64,000 bases of DNA from Eledone cirrhosa (GCA_964016885.1 OZ024741.1:139066001-139130000), one strand, 5' to 3'; positions 48,223 to 64,000 are shown, counted from the stretch's first letter. Translations and numbers: made by a program. The notes: generated by a model not told the origin, from the sequence alone.

Positions 48223-48447
48223 CATATGTATATATATATTTTTTCTTTCTACACACATACTTACATTTAAGTAAGTGCCGTACTAAGAGTGAGAAATGAA
48301 ATTTCGTTTTCATTTTATTTCAACTTATCGTTTTCGGTATGCCTGACTGACTTAACTCACTCGATATGCAAATTAGGCTGCTCGGCCGTTAATTTTCATA
48401 AGGAAAGTATATACTTTCGAACGATCAACTATCTGGCAGAAGGGTAT

Positions 48448-48489
48448 ACGGTGCTGATGATAGCTAACAAGCTGAAACTAGTACATCGT
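48448..48489 (+). ncRNA. Canonical minimal hammerhead (family E, copy 1)
   Basis: ACGGTG-CTGATGA-T AGCT AACA AGCT-GAAAC-TA-GTA-CATCGT; stem III is the palindrome ACUAGU. Confidence 0.8.
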
Positions 48490-48640
48490 TCCTGTGTCAG
48501 TGTTGAACAAAAAGGTGACGTGGTTGCCTTAACACCGTACGGCATAAAATTCAGGCTGTTCAGTTTGTTTACAAACGAACAAAGCGGCATTATAATAAGT
48601 GTCCGCTAAACTGATACGTGCATATATGTATGTGTACCTG

Positions 48641-48686
<46 letters not shown>

Positions 48687-48825
48687 TATAGAGAAACATA
48701 CTGCAGGTAGCACATGGTAACATGTAATAAAATACGTCCCTCATCAGTGATTTGCCGAAGATCATAGATTAATGCAATGAAATATCTATGATCTTCGGCA
48801 AATCACTGATGAGGGACGTATTATA

Positions 48826-48929
<104 letters not shown>

Positions 48930-49165
48930 TGCTACTGTACGTCTGTATACATATATGTATGTACGTATACACATATACTTAGATTTAAGTAAGTGCCGTA
49001 CTAAGAGTGAGAAATGAAATTTCGTTTTCATTTTATTTCAACTTATCGTTTTCGGTATGCCTGACCGATTTAACTCACTCGATATGTAAATTAGACTGCT
49101 CAGCCGTTAATTTTCATAAGGAAAGTATATACTTTCGAACGTTCAACTATCTGGCAGAAGGGTAT

Positions 49166-49208
49166 ACGGTGCTGATGATAGCTAACAAGCTGGAAACTCG
49201 TACATCGT
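49166..49208 (+). ncRNA. Minimal hammerhead (family E, copy 2)
   Basis: ACGGTG-CTGATGA-TAGCTAACAAGCTG-GAAAC-TC-GTA-CATCGT, 718 bp downstream of copy 1. A third copy at 54990-55029 has CTGACAA. Confidence 0.72.
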
Positions 49209-49359
49209 TCCTGTGTCAGTGTTGAACAAAAAGGTGACGAGGTTGCCTTAACACCGTACGGCATAAAATTCAGGCTGTTCAGTTTGTTTACAAACGAACA
49301 AAGCGGCGTTATAATAAGCGTCCGCTAAACTGATACGTGCATATATGAATGTGTACCTG

Positions 49360-49407
<48 letters not shown>

Positions 49408-49460
49408 TGCTACTGTACGTCTGTATACATATATGTATGTACGTATACATACATACTTAC

Positions 49461-49519
<59 letters not shown>

Positions 49520-50428
49520 AGTATACATAGGCGCATATGAGTATATATATGATTTACGTGTATACTGTATATATATTTGCCTGTGTGTGAATGTGTATAA
49601 GTATGTGTAAGAACGTATGAATAAGTATATATGTGCATAGGCGTGTATATGTACATGTGTACATGTGTGTTTATGTAAAAGTAAATTTTCACCCTTTACG
49701 TTTTCTTTCTTTCTGTTTTTTTTCCTATCTCATTATTATTATTTTTTTTTTTTTTTATTATTTTCTATTATTTTATCTCCTACACTCTCTCTCTCTTTCC
49801 CTCTAAAATATAACTTTTCTACCTCTCCTCTTAGTCCTGTTACCTTTTATTCAGAGTGGAAAGCCGTATACATATCTTCACTTTGAAATCATTTTGAAAT
49901 CTTTCTGCTGAAATGCAGTATTTAATGTATTGCTAGTGCATGGGTACAATAATGATATTAATATGCAACCAGCACTATGTTGACTTATATTGTATTGAAA
50001 CATGTGTTAAAGATGAACCGTTGATAACATTTTCACTTTTTTCTATACTTCAGGCGTAGTGTTCGTTTTTCCTATACACATATATATTGCATAAATGAAT
50101 TCAGTGAACTATAAATTTAGACAACCAGTGATGCTAACTGTTAACACTATCATATATTTTGATTTCTATTAATTCTCTATGGAATTGCTTGACTAAATGC
50201 TTTGCTTATTACTATTAATTTTTTTTTTATGTTATTCATTCGCCAAGACATTTTTTTAAAGATATGTCTTGAATGCAAAGTATTAGCCCATAAAATATAA
50301 CAGTGGGCTCCTGCAATGCTACCGCGACCCCCTGGGGCCAACTTGCCACTGGGCAATCTGGCCAGTCCATCAGTGTGGATATATATATATATATAGAGAG
50401 ATTTGTGTGGGTGTGTGTGTATGTTGTA

Positions 50429-50507
<79 letters not shown>

Positions 50508-53500
50508 TATAAACAAACGTATCATACACTTAAAATATATGTGCGGCCAAAGGTTTCTCGGTCCAGTTATGCCCACCACTGTAAGTTGGAAGACACGCAC
50601 AGCCAAGAATCGCTTATACGACGTTACTCCTGTAAAACGAGCACATTAATCGCGACGCCAACGCTATCATTCTACCACATATATTTCAAGGATGATCCAC
50701 GACTCCTACACTTTCCACGACAAATGTGCCTATGTGGTATATTGTATGGAACTATGTTTCCATTATACCATATAGCAGTTCTCATGAAATACACTGTGTG
50801 TCGCTGGGAAGCGGCGCCTCTGGTGCATTAGGTACTTTAAATACAACTGTGCCAATTCTTCTCTGGTTCGGCTCACAGCCAATTGCTTAGAGAGAGAGAG
50901 AAAGAGAGGGGGGTAGAAGCGGTTTTGAACTGAAAATTAATCGATCTCTAAATGGTAATGGGTAAATTTGAATTCGGTGAGGTTCGAAATCAAATCACAG
51001 ACACAAAGCCAGTATGACTACGCTGTAGCTTTCTATCTGACTTTCTAAACACTTTGATTATTCGCCGCTTCTATACGAACAGTCTACAACGTAGCAAAGC
51101 TGTTGTGCACAGACTTTTAATGTGGCATATAAATCTCCACCTGTCTTCGAAAGTCACAATGCGAAAACACTACGGAACATTAGCATACGGAGAGACACCA
51201 GATAGCACATAAAATGCCTGACATCATTTCCATGACAAAAAAAAAATATAGCTACAGTGTACAAATAATCGATATTGCAATACCAAATGACTATAATATT
51301 CTGCAGAAGCGAGCGGAAAAGCTAAGGTATTACATCGACTTAGCTGTTGAATTAAAAAACGTTATGGCAGTTGAGGAATATGTCTATCAGAACATTTGGA
51401 ATTGTTTTAACTGGAAGAATTCCCACTTATCTGAATATATTCGCAGATTATATGCTAGGGCTCTTAATACGAGATAGATTTTTTTTAAAGCCTGAAGAAT
51501 ACGATCCCTTTCTAACTCGATCTCAAATAGTGAAAGAAAGAATTGATCCCAGTATCCAAATTATATCCTAGTTATCAACCTCGAAATGACGGAAATAAAA
51601 TTTGAACTAGGAGTGTATAGGGCCAGAACAAATACAAAGTTATTAACCCGCCGCTTTAATAAACTCTCTCACATCGCTGAAATATTGGTAGATTAGATAT
51701 ATAGAGTAACGTAAGGATATTTCAGTAAATAGCAGTACTAGGCGAGGAAGCATCTTTAGGGTATTGTCACACATTATTAGCTGATGTTTAATGTTCAAGT
51801 GAGCAGGAGAATTTACATAATCGGTGAATTTCTATTGCAATAATCACACTTCCGATGAGCGCTCCACTTGCTCTATAAAAGGAAGACATTTCTCGTAAAA
51901 GTAACGTATAAGTAGCAAAGTATACCACATATATATGCATTGTTAATGTAATTCTCAGGATGATTTAACATGACACAAAATCTCAGTACATTCAACCCGA
52001 GGTGCTTTCAAACAGTTTCCGCGTACAACGCGTTACATACAAAGCATGTCTCAAACCATGGCCATGCGAAATGACACATGCCCAAGATAACAAGAAGTGA
52101 GATCAAACCCGAAGCCTAATGAGTCCGTTCACCTCAATAAATGATTATTTTTTTATAAGCTGAATTAATTCAAAATGTGTGTGATGCAAGAAATTCTTCG
52201 CTAAATCGCTTGCCTAGCAGCAGCTTACCTGTTACTGCTGTAAGTATGTCAGCATGTTATACACGGGATATTATAAAATAAAGAACCATACAGTGAGTAT
52301 ATACATTAGTTAAAGGCTGTGCGCACACACATACACACACATGTACGCGCACGTACATACATCCACACACTTCCTTCATCCTTGATGCAATCTATTTTAT
52401 AATTAAATACCATAATAATAATGATTTCTTTATTAACCAAAAAAGTTTCACAAAAAGACAAATACATTGAAGATACTACAATACGGGTATCTGCGTGTAA
52501 AAATACAGGAAAAGATAGCAAATAAAAAAAAAAAAGCAACAAAAAAAGAAAAAAATTCCAATAGAAGGGACACAGTCTTCCACCCATTCAAATGTTTCCA
52601 CCTCACGGTCTCTTTTACCATGGCCACCAAACAGATAAAAGCACCCTTCCCTTCCTGGTTTAAGAAGGGCGGCGGGGTGATCTTCATGATGGATTAATCT
52701 GATAGCCGGATCCGTCTTCATAAGGAATAGGAAGGCGTTCATCGATCGATCATCTCAAGGTAAGATCATACCTTGAGCTGATCGATCTCGAAAGTCAATA
52801 ATGCTAAATTGATACCTCGTTCCTTCGGTGAATTGGCTGTATCGGGTAGAGGGTCGAACGTCGTGATTTGCAGTATAGTTACGTCCCTTTATGGTCTGAT
52901 TTCGAAACCCTTCAAGGTTAACTTTGCCTTTCATCCTTACGGGGTCGATACAATAAAGTACCAATAAATACACTGCGATAATTGCTGGCCGTGTGCCTAT
53001 GTATATAAGAAACTATTATTAACACTGTGCTTCCTAAGGATAACGATTACGGGTAATACCAAATTTGACAGTACCACATCGGCAACTGGACCCATGGAAG
53101 CCTAAAAGTGGTGAAGCAATAATGACTTAACGTTACACAATAATGAATCCTCTCTCTCCTTTTCTATATATCTCTCTCTATTTCTAGGAGAAGGCAACTC
53201 AGGAAACTGGGATAACTCCGATATAAAACCTGCGGCTCAGTAGTTACCGATGATGTTGATCTTTTCTTCTTTTCGGGTTATAGCTACTGTCGCTCAGAGA
53301 GTGGGATTGGCTCAGTACACAGTCTTTCCTCACTTTAAAAAATATCTTCACGCACAAGCATTGCACGATAGAATTAATTAATAATTATTAATAATGATAT
53401 ATCGTGCAATGGCTATAGTCTATAACTAGGGGGCAGCCATCATCATGTATGTATGTATGTAGTAATAATAAATATGAAGACTAAAATCCGAAGAGGCCTC

Positions 53501-53720
53501 GATAAGGTTTAAATATATATAATATATATATAAACATTTGCATGTGTGTGTGCACGCACATTTGCGTGTGTGTGGTTGTGGAAATATAATACATAGCATG
53601 TGTATGTGTATTAAGAGACATATAGCCCATGTTAATAGAGAGAGAGAGAAATATAGACATTAATATATAGACGGTGCATGCTATTCGTGTGTTTGCGTTG
53701 AGCCACAGATTGAATTATTT

Positions 53721-53771
53721 AGTTTCAGAAGATCCCGTTAAGTGTGAAAGCAGCGATTCTTTGCTTAAACT
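53721..53771 (+). ncRNA. Hammerhead with a U4A core and full stem III (family D)
   Basis: AGTTT-CAGAAGA-TCCC GTTAA GTGT-GAAAGCAG-CGATTCT-TTGCT-T-AAACT. A copy at 54355-54405 (-) has TCCT GTTAA GGGT. Partial copies occur near 17855, 22600, 31060-31150 and 54860-54965. Confidence 0.6.
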
Positions 53772-53930
53772 TTAATTTGTTCATTTAAAAAAAAATAAAT
53801 CATACACACAACGCCAGCACCAAGAGTTTGGCAAAAGATGTCAACACGAATGGATCTGTTATTTTTATCTAAAGACAATTTTCCAATTCCAACCAGCCCG
53901 TCCCCTCAATCTATCCTATTTCTTATTCTT

Positions 53931-53966
53931 TCTTCTGATGAGGGACTAGCGTCCGAAACGTTAAGA
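53931..53966 (+). ncRNA. Canonical minimal (dimer-type) hammerhead
   Basis: TCTT-CTGATGA-G GGAC TAGC GTCC-GAAAC-GTT-AAGA; stem III is only the palindrome AACGUU. Confidence 0.78.
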
Positions 53967-54055
53967 CCCTCTTCCTGCTATATCCGGAGTTAACCTAATA
54001 TATCTCTTCCATATAGTGTACTGATTGTGTTGTTATTTCTGTTTACCTTTTACAT

Positions 54056-54086
<31 letters not shown>

Positions 54087-54259
54087 CATATATAAATATA
54101 TATATATATGTATATATATTAGAAAGTGAGGTTTTTTTTACAAAATGAAAAATAATCGGTGTCCTACACGAGTGAAAGTATAAAGAAAAAAAGATGAAAT
54201 CGAAAATGCAACTGGAGTCTTATTTATTTTTTTTTTAAAATATATATATTTATTTGGTT

Positions 54260-54290
54260 CCTTGACCGGTTTCGCAGTTCTTCTGCTTTT

Positions 54291-54293
<3 letters not shown>
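54260..54293 (-). ncRNA. Family B hammerhead (U3-A8), 5' strand of stem I lost to (TA)n
   Basis: Minus strand reads TTGAAAA-GCAG AAGAA CTGC-GAAAC-CG-GTC-AAGG: perfect stem II and a GUC site. Confidence 0.6.
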
Positions 54294-54343
<50 letters not shown>

Positions 54344-55476
54344 TAACAGATTAAAGTTTAAGCAAAGAATCGCTTCTTTCACCCTTAACAGGATCTTCTG
54401 AAACTAACAAAGTCAATCTGTAAACGCAGAACTGGATATTTAAAAAAACGTTGCAACCGAAGGAAGACAGGAAGACGATACTTTGGTTCGTGGAAACGTT
54501 CGCTGGCTAAGAACGGGAAAAAACGAATATAATACGTCATTAATAGGAGCGGTGAAAAACAATTACGCGCAAAGACAGAACCACGTTTATGGTATAATAG
54601 AGGTCGTAGACTAATGTTCTCTTAGGTGGTGCATAGAGACGTTCTCTGGCGATGAACGAAAAAAACGAAGATAATACGTCATATGTGGAGCGTGGAGAAC
54701 AATAGCACGCAAAGACAAAACCACATGTATATATATATATATAGTAATAATAATAAATATGAAAACTAAAATCCGACGACGGCTCCATAAGGATAATATA
54801 TATATCAAAATATATAAAACTATAAAACTATAGGGCAAATATTTATTAAATAACAGATTGAAACTTAAGCAGAGAATCGCTGCTTTCACCCTTAACGAGA
54901 TCTTCTGAAGCGAGATTCAGAAGATCCCGTTAAGGGTGAAAGCAGCGATTCTTTGTTTAAACTTTCACTAATCTGACACATAGGTATATAATGCTGACAA
55001 TAGCTAATAAACTTGAAACTAGTACATCGTTCCTGTGTTCAGGGTTGAACAAAAGGGCGACGATGGTTGCCGAGCACTGTACGGCGTAATTCGGGCTGTT
55101 TGTTTACAAGCAAACCGAGCATTATAATTCGGTAAACCCATACGTACATATATATATGTGTGCATGTATGTATATATATATATATATATACATACTACTG
55201 TACGTCTGTACACATATATGTATGTACGTATACATATTATATTTAGGTATCAGCCGTACTAAGAGTGAGACATGAAATTTCGATTCATTCTTTTCCATTT
55301 ATATATATATATATTCATTTCTCACTCTTAGTACGGCTGATAACTAAATATATATATATATATTTTTTTAAATAAGACTCCAGTTGCATTTTCGATTTCA
55401 TCTTTTTTTCTGTAGGACACCTCGGTTATTTTTTTATTTTGTAAAAAAAAACCTCATTTTCTCATATATATATATA

Positions 55477-55527
<51 letters not shown>

Positions 55528-55695
55528 GGGGTAACTAATTATTGTTATATGTAGTCCTCTTAGGTGTAGTCCTGTTATGGTACTCCGGGTAGTGGATGAT
55601 ATCAACAGTTTGGGTAAGTTTGACTCAACAATGCCTTTCCATAGTGATGCTGCGAGTACGCTGTAATTCCTATGTTGTAAACACTTGGAGTAATA

Positions 55696-56388
55696 ATAAA
55701 TCAGGAAAGAAGAGTGATATGGTTTGCTATACAAAAAAGGTGTTTAATCTCATTTCTGACAATTGTTTAACTGGTAGGTCTAGAGATCGCTATCCGCTTA
55801 TTTTCACGTTACTCGATCGCCAATACAAAGTTATAACCAGACAATTCATCGGAGCTTGCGAGAATGAAAGGAATATACAGGCATGAAAACAATATACAGG
55901 CTACTATATGTAGTAGTAATGGCATTCAGTCAGAACAATAACAACAATATCAACAATGCTAGCAATAAATTATTTGAAATAATCACAACATCAATCTAGG
56001 TGGGAAGTATAGAATATCTACGATTTTAGCGTGTAAAACTAGTTGACATGAGGCAGATGTATAAAATTGACATGTAAAAACTGTCGTAGGGTGTATTATA
56101 TCTAGTATAAAGATAAGCTGGTGTCTTTAAACAATGTAGGTCAGGTGGCCGTAATAGTCGGTTTTTATCTGACCGACGAAGGATTTATCACTGTAGTGAG
56201 ATTTGTGTGGTCTATATTAGATGAGAGGGTTCTCTATCTTTCTCATCATCAATAACAGACACGTATAAGACAACACCAACAAAGAAGCTAAATAATGGGC
56301 AAGTGAATACAGAGGTTAAGGAGGCAATATATGTATATATACATACACACATGCACACAAACATATATATATATATACACATACACAT

Positions 56389-56437
<49 letters not shown>

Positions 56438-56880
56438 CACATACATATAGACCTACATTGTTTAAAGGCACCAGCTTATCTTTACACTAGATATAATACA
56501 CCCTACGACAGTTTTTACATGTCAATTTTATACATCTGCCTCATGTCAGCTAGTTTTACACGCTAAAATCGTAGATATACTATACTTCCCACCTAGATTG
56601 ATGTTGTGATTATTTCAAATAATTTATTGCTAGCATTGTTGATATTGTTGTTATTGTTCTGACTGAATGTCATTACTACTACATATCGTAGCCCGTATAT
56701 TCTTTTCATTCTCGCAAGCTCCGATGAACTGATTGGTTATAACTTTGTATTGGCGATCGAGTAACGTGAAAATAAGCGGATAGCGATCTCTGGACCTACC
56801 AGTTCAGAGAAACAATTGTCAGCAATGAGATTAAAACCTTTTTTGTATAGCAAACCATGTCACTCTTCTTTCCTGATTTA
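55696..56880. repeat. Long inverted repeat (arms about 55696-56142 and 56450-56880)
   Basis: About 440-bp reverse-complement arms with few differences. The loop contains (TA/CA)n. Confidence 0.85.
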
Positions 56881-56886
56881 TATATA

Positions 56887-56976
<90 letters not shown>

Positions 56977-59369
56977 TATTATTATATATTTAGATAGATG
57001 TACGCAAAAAGACAAAGACATATGATCAAAATCTCGCCTTGATACAATTCTTAGGCCGATAATGTATGCACCTCTCCATAAAGTATATTCAAAATGCCCT
57101 TCTACCTGATACCACAGACGTACACAACCACAAGAAATAATTAAGGAGCGACAGTTCCCACAGGCTGGCAGGATTCTCTGCTAGCCGATTTGCGGCATTC
57201 GAAAACGGTGATGACTTGAACTCCTATAAGAAGCAAACGACAAAGAAGACATACGGAAGATTACCTGGTGTCGGGCATTTCAAAATGATCTGAAGGCCAC
57301 CATTGTTATCAAAGATTATGGAACAGATTTATTTCTTTAAATAAGGAATTGGCTAAATCCCTTAATAATTTCACAATTGGACAAACGTAATCATGTTTGG
57401 CCCCTTATCTTCCGGCTCAAATCTTCCCGTGATCCACACTGAGTTACGTTCATGTAGCTTCTATACATTAAATTACACATAAAGAAATGTATTCACTACA
57501 ATAATCTAATAAAATAGCTTAGATTTGGTGGCTGTTATAGAAGGCTGATATGATCAAAGCACACACACAAACAGCATGCACTGTCTATTTCTGTCTCTAT
57601 TTCTCCCTCTGTATTAGCATGGGCTATATGTCTCTTAACACACATACACGTATCTCAACAATCACACACACACACACACACACAGATTACTCACTCACAC
57701 GTACACAATATCTTTATGGACACTAACACCGTGCGCTATATCTACAGACACTCATAATACATATATGCATGTAATCTGTCTTCCTTTCTACACACACAAC
57801 CTCACTTTCTATTCCCCTCTCTTTATCAATCTCTTTCCTCAAATACTAACAGGATACATTCAATCTCTGCAACAACGCATATTGAAAAAACTTTTCTCAA
57901 AATATGCAAACATGCGTGCACGCACACACAGACACAACACTACGGATAATTTCGTTTCAGCCACACATCTTTGGAGATAAATTTGTTTTGTCATTCTGTT
58001 TAGCAGCACTCACTGACTTTTGATGGTTTTCTTGGGTAGTTGTCTTGAGACACCTCCTAATGTAATATCACCACAACCTGATACGAGGCTGGTAACAACA
58101 ATTAACACTATAGTTTCCCTAAAATCTCCCTTTAGTGTAGGATTTGCGTGGTCAGTGAGTTTAGTAATATGAGCTGATTTTTTTATGGGGACTCAGACTA
58201 CCGCCACTTGCAGCCGATCCTTGCAAGGTCCCCTACTTTAGCACCACGACATGGAACTTAGTTTTGTAGCATTACCACATCAACCTAGTCGTCACACAGT
58301 TTAAAACCTTTATATGAGTATGGGGTGGGTACCTTATATTGGTCGCCCAGTTTAACAACAGCACATAAGATCTGGCTGTTATATTTGTGTCGCCACTCAG
58401 TTTATGATTTGAGTCATCACTCAGTTTAACAACTCATATGAGCTTTCACTGGTAGATTTGGGTGGCTACTCTGTTTATCATCACCACTTGACACTTTCTG
58501 GAGTTCAGTGTTGTTCATTCTCTTGACAGCATTAGGCTCTTTCCTTTTTTACCGTTTTGAGGATAAATTTCGACGTACATTTAAAAATTAAGAAAGGCTC
58601 TGAAAATGGATGAGAAGAGATACACACTTTAATGGACTAAACTATTAGATGACAGATGATCGGATCTAGTTTTATAACCCAGTGTTCTTCTGGTCAAGCG
58701 TGTTATCCCTCTTCCGCACTTTAAGATTCACCTTCACAACACGTAAAGTACATCCCTTTAAACAGGCAAGTTGAACTAATATATCTCTACTAAATCTTGC
58801 GTGCGACGACGGTCAATTCCGATGACGAATGTTGTAGTTCTACGAAGAACGGGGTAGTCACTCGTGAAATTAAAGAGCATCTGGGTGAACATACCAAAGA
58901 CAAGGGATTTATCGTGGTTCATTCAATTACAGATAAACCTATTTTTTTACATAGCTGCTAGTGATGGACCCTTCTAAGCGTTCCATTGATACGTACATTA
59001 ATAATGCAATTGTCAGGGAGATTCACAATCATACATTGAGTGACAAGGTTACCTATTTAAATTACATGTGCAACCAACTCATTAATACCAGCTGATATGG
59101 CTGAAATATCCTATATAAATAAAATAGTTTTATACATTAACATTATATTACAGATGACGCACAAACACACAGACACATACATCTAAATATTACAACATAT
59201 TTCTTATCTATCGTACTCTGTCTCTCACCCTCTCAATCAGTCTGTCGATCGACGATGAGAATTCAGTATGTCCACGTTGTCTGTATATATATATATCTCC
59301 GTGCGTGTTTGTGGGTGTGTGTATGAATATATATATATATATATATGATTATATCAATATATATATATG

Positions 59370-59578
59370 TGTAAGCACAATAATGTTTTGAACAGTTCTT
59401 TGATTCTTATATTTCATATAACTGCTCTGTAAATCATCTGATGTTTTTACATTGAGCTACTTAACTTACTGGTAATAAGGTAGTAATACATTACTGCCTA
59501 CCACTATTTAGGGTGTGTGTAAAATACTTATAACTGCATAAGGTTTTGTATTTACATAACCATAAATAGTATAACTAA

Positions 59579-59585
<7 letters not shown>
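59370..59585 (+). mobile_element. Family A 3' fragment starting at the predicted cleavage site
   Basis: TGTAAGCACAATAATGTTTTGAACAGTTCTTTGATTCTTATATTTCATATA is identical to 1243-1293, and the tail matches 4445-4600. Confidence 0.75.
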
Positions 59586-59645
<60 letters not shown>

Positions 59646-59898
59646 AATATGTAAATATATATATATATATATATATAAAAATATATGTGTATGTATATAT
59701 ATATATCAGTATGTATACGTAACTATATATATTTGTATACAGTGTTGAAGAAAAGAGCAACGATGGTTGCTAAAAACTGTGTGGCTTAATTCGGGATGTT
59801 TGTTTACAAACACACCGAGCATATAATAAATGTTCGGTAAATCCATACGTACATATATATATGTGTATATATATATATGTATATATATGTATATATAA

Positions 59899-60587
<689 letters not shown>

Positions 60588-60663
60588 ATATATACATATA
60601 TACACACACACATATATATATAATATACATAAATGATAAATATATATATAATATACATAAATG

Positions 60664-60720
<57 letters not shown>

Positions 60721-60871
60721 CGAATCATAAGCATGAACTCATAATCCTTTATTTACTGCTATATATATTTCGATGATAGCCATTGAATGGCTATGACCTG
60801 ATCAGGCAGTTAGTCAGTTCTTAGATATGCCAGCTCTGTGTTTATGGTGTTCATGGTATCAGAGCCTTGGT

Positions 60872-61575
<704 letters not shown>

Positions 61576-62009
61576 TACACATACACCAATTAAACAAATT
61601 CACAGGTATATATGTGTTTTGGCAACTTTTCACGATGTGGCTCAATGGAGAATTAATAAATTAAATAATTAGATCAAAATACTATAAGAGTAAAGCATGT
61701 CCAGTTAGTGATTTAATCCTGGTATGTATATAAGCATTTCTAACATTAATTTTTACCTAATTATGTATGGTTGACCGTATATTTAATTAATTTCCACGTG
61801 CTGTTGAAATGCCGGGTAAATATTATATAGCGGTTGCACGCGAAGACACCGCAATAGCGTATTTATTTACTGTTTCTTCATAGATGCCTTTTATTCTTAT
61901 AGCCTGGTCTAATTGATTTTTGTGTGGTTAATTATGTTGATTGGGAGTTGAGATGAGGTATATATATTATCAAATAATTCTCTGGACATGCTTTACTCTA
62001 TAGTACACA

Positions 62010-62102
<93 letters not shown>

Positions 62103-62900
62103 CTATATAACGTGAAGGTGCATTGCTATATTATAATTGTTTCTACTTTTAGGCACAAGGCCAGCAATTACCCAGTGCATTACTGGTACTTTATTTTATC
62201 GACCTCGTAAGGATGAAAGGCTAAGTCAACCTCGGCGTCAATTGCTATATTATAATTGTTTCTACTTTTGGCACAAGGCCACCAATTATCCTAGTGTATT
62301 ATTGGTACATTATTTTATCGACCCCGTAAGGATGAAAGGCAAACTTAACATCGGCGCGATTTGAACTGAGATCATAAAGGGCCGTAACTCAACGGTGCAA
62401 AGCGTTGTTCGATTAACATTTATTTCACTTTGTCTTAATCTAATCACCTGCCAAAAATGAAATGTATCTTATACTTTGAACCTCCTTGTTTTTTCATTGA
62501 TCAGTTTCCTATTATATGCGCGAAAGTATTGGGTGTATGTGTATCAATATGTTGTCACGGTGTCAATCTATCTCTCGTTATTTTCCCTTCCTTCCATTCT
62601 TTGTTTTTTTAAATTTTCTGTCTTTGTTTTCATTTATTTATTTATTGATTCATATATTGCCTCTTTAAACTTTTTAATTATATTTTTCGTAATTTTAGCT
62701 GATGGTATACATATATTCAACATATATAAGTCAATATATATTCTCATCTTTATATATATATACATATCACTCACATACACATTTTCTTACCCTTTTTCCG
62801 TTATCTCTTTAACTCCTACTGAAACAACAAAGATAATTGCATGCATATATAGATATACCTCTCCCCCTCTCTCTCTCACTCTCTCTATCTCTCTTTCTCT

Positions 62901-62940
<40 letters not shown>

Positions 62941-62988
62941 TCTTGTATTCTTTTACCTGTTCCAGCCATCCTGCTGATGCCATGCTGG

Positions 62989-63107
<119 letters not shown>

Positions 63108-63940
63108 GTGTGTGTGCATATATATTTATATATCTATATATATGTATATATATTTATTTATGTACACAAACATACAAACACACACCCATATATGCTTGCT
63201 GACAGGCTTTGTGTCAGTCATATGCAGAGCATTGGCTACAACAAATATATAGTCGATCTCTTATTAATCGTATCAGCAGACACACACCAACACACATACA
63301 CAAAATACCGGTTAACAAGCATAAACATATACATCGCCATGGATTGATAGGCGTGCATCCCGCCACATATACGCACACTTTGGTGCAGGCATGGCAGTGT
63401 GATTAATAAAGTATATTTTCAAACAACGTGATCTTAAGTTCAGTTCAATAACGGGGCACACTCTTCGTCTATAACCTTGTATGGACAAATATATTCTAAG
63501 GGGAATTTAGAACATCGAATATATATACAGTATATGCCCCAACATTGTATCAGCCGGATGGCTGGAACAGGTAAAAGAGTAAAACTGTATATATATATAT
63601 ATATAGGGAGGGAGAGAGAGGGAGAGAGAGAGAATAAGAGAGAGAGAGAGAGCGTAGGCTAAGTGTAATAAAGACCCTCTTCAGTCAAAAATGTCCATAG
63701 GATATGCACCTAGAAAATATCCCACTAAGGCGCAAACCCCGGCAAGGTTGTTTGTCGAATATCACCATTCGCCCATGCATCCCAGTGGGAGAATCGAAAT
63801 CATAACCTCCTGATTGCAAGTTGAATGCTCTAAATACGAAGCTACGTGGCTTCACTATATAATGAGCTTACACCACCAAAGTTTCCAAAGCTATCAACCG
63901 TCTAAGTACTAATTAGAGTCGACGCTAATTAACCTTGTCG

Positions 63941-63975
<35 letters not shown>

Positions 63976-64000
63976 TATATATATATATATATATACATAC

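Noticed and set aside
56717-56787. Hammerhead with a CCGATGA core in the 55.7-56.9 kb inverted repeat
   Set aside because: I could not place a consistent GAAA, stem III and NUH.
58815-58878. Hammerhead CCGATGA-CGAATG...CACTCG-T-GAAAT
   Set aside because: There is no U16.1/H17 or convincing stem I, and it is a single copy.

Overview
AT-rich eukaryotic intergenic or intronic DNA. The density of (TA)n/(CA)n arrays and the tRNA-derived SINEs suggest an octopus-like mollusc, but this is inference. I cannot support any host protein-coding gene, and most of the long ORFs in the track are microsatellite translations (YIYI/THTH). The window holds two large decayed Penelope-like retroelements (PLEs; RT plus GIY-YIG): a Penelope/Poseidon-like copy at about 4.9-7.9 kb and a Naiad-like copy at about 40.2-45.2 kb. 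It also contains further PLE 3' remnants, CRE-like and RTE-like LINE fragments and many SINEs. The main hidden signal, found by reading for CUGANGA...GAAA cores, is about 20 type I hammerhead ribozyme motifs in about 11 apparently different short repeat families. They include non-canonical cores (U3-A8 compensatory pair, U4C, U4A), minimal palindromic-stem-III forms of the dimer type, and forms with a long hairpin in stem II. These repeats sit in (TA)n arrays as fold-back inverted pairs or head-to-tail tandems, consistent with ribozyme-bearing pLTR or retrozyme-like elements. All folds were read by eye and none was computed; repeat boundaries are approximate.
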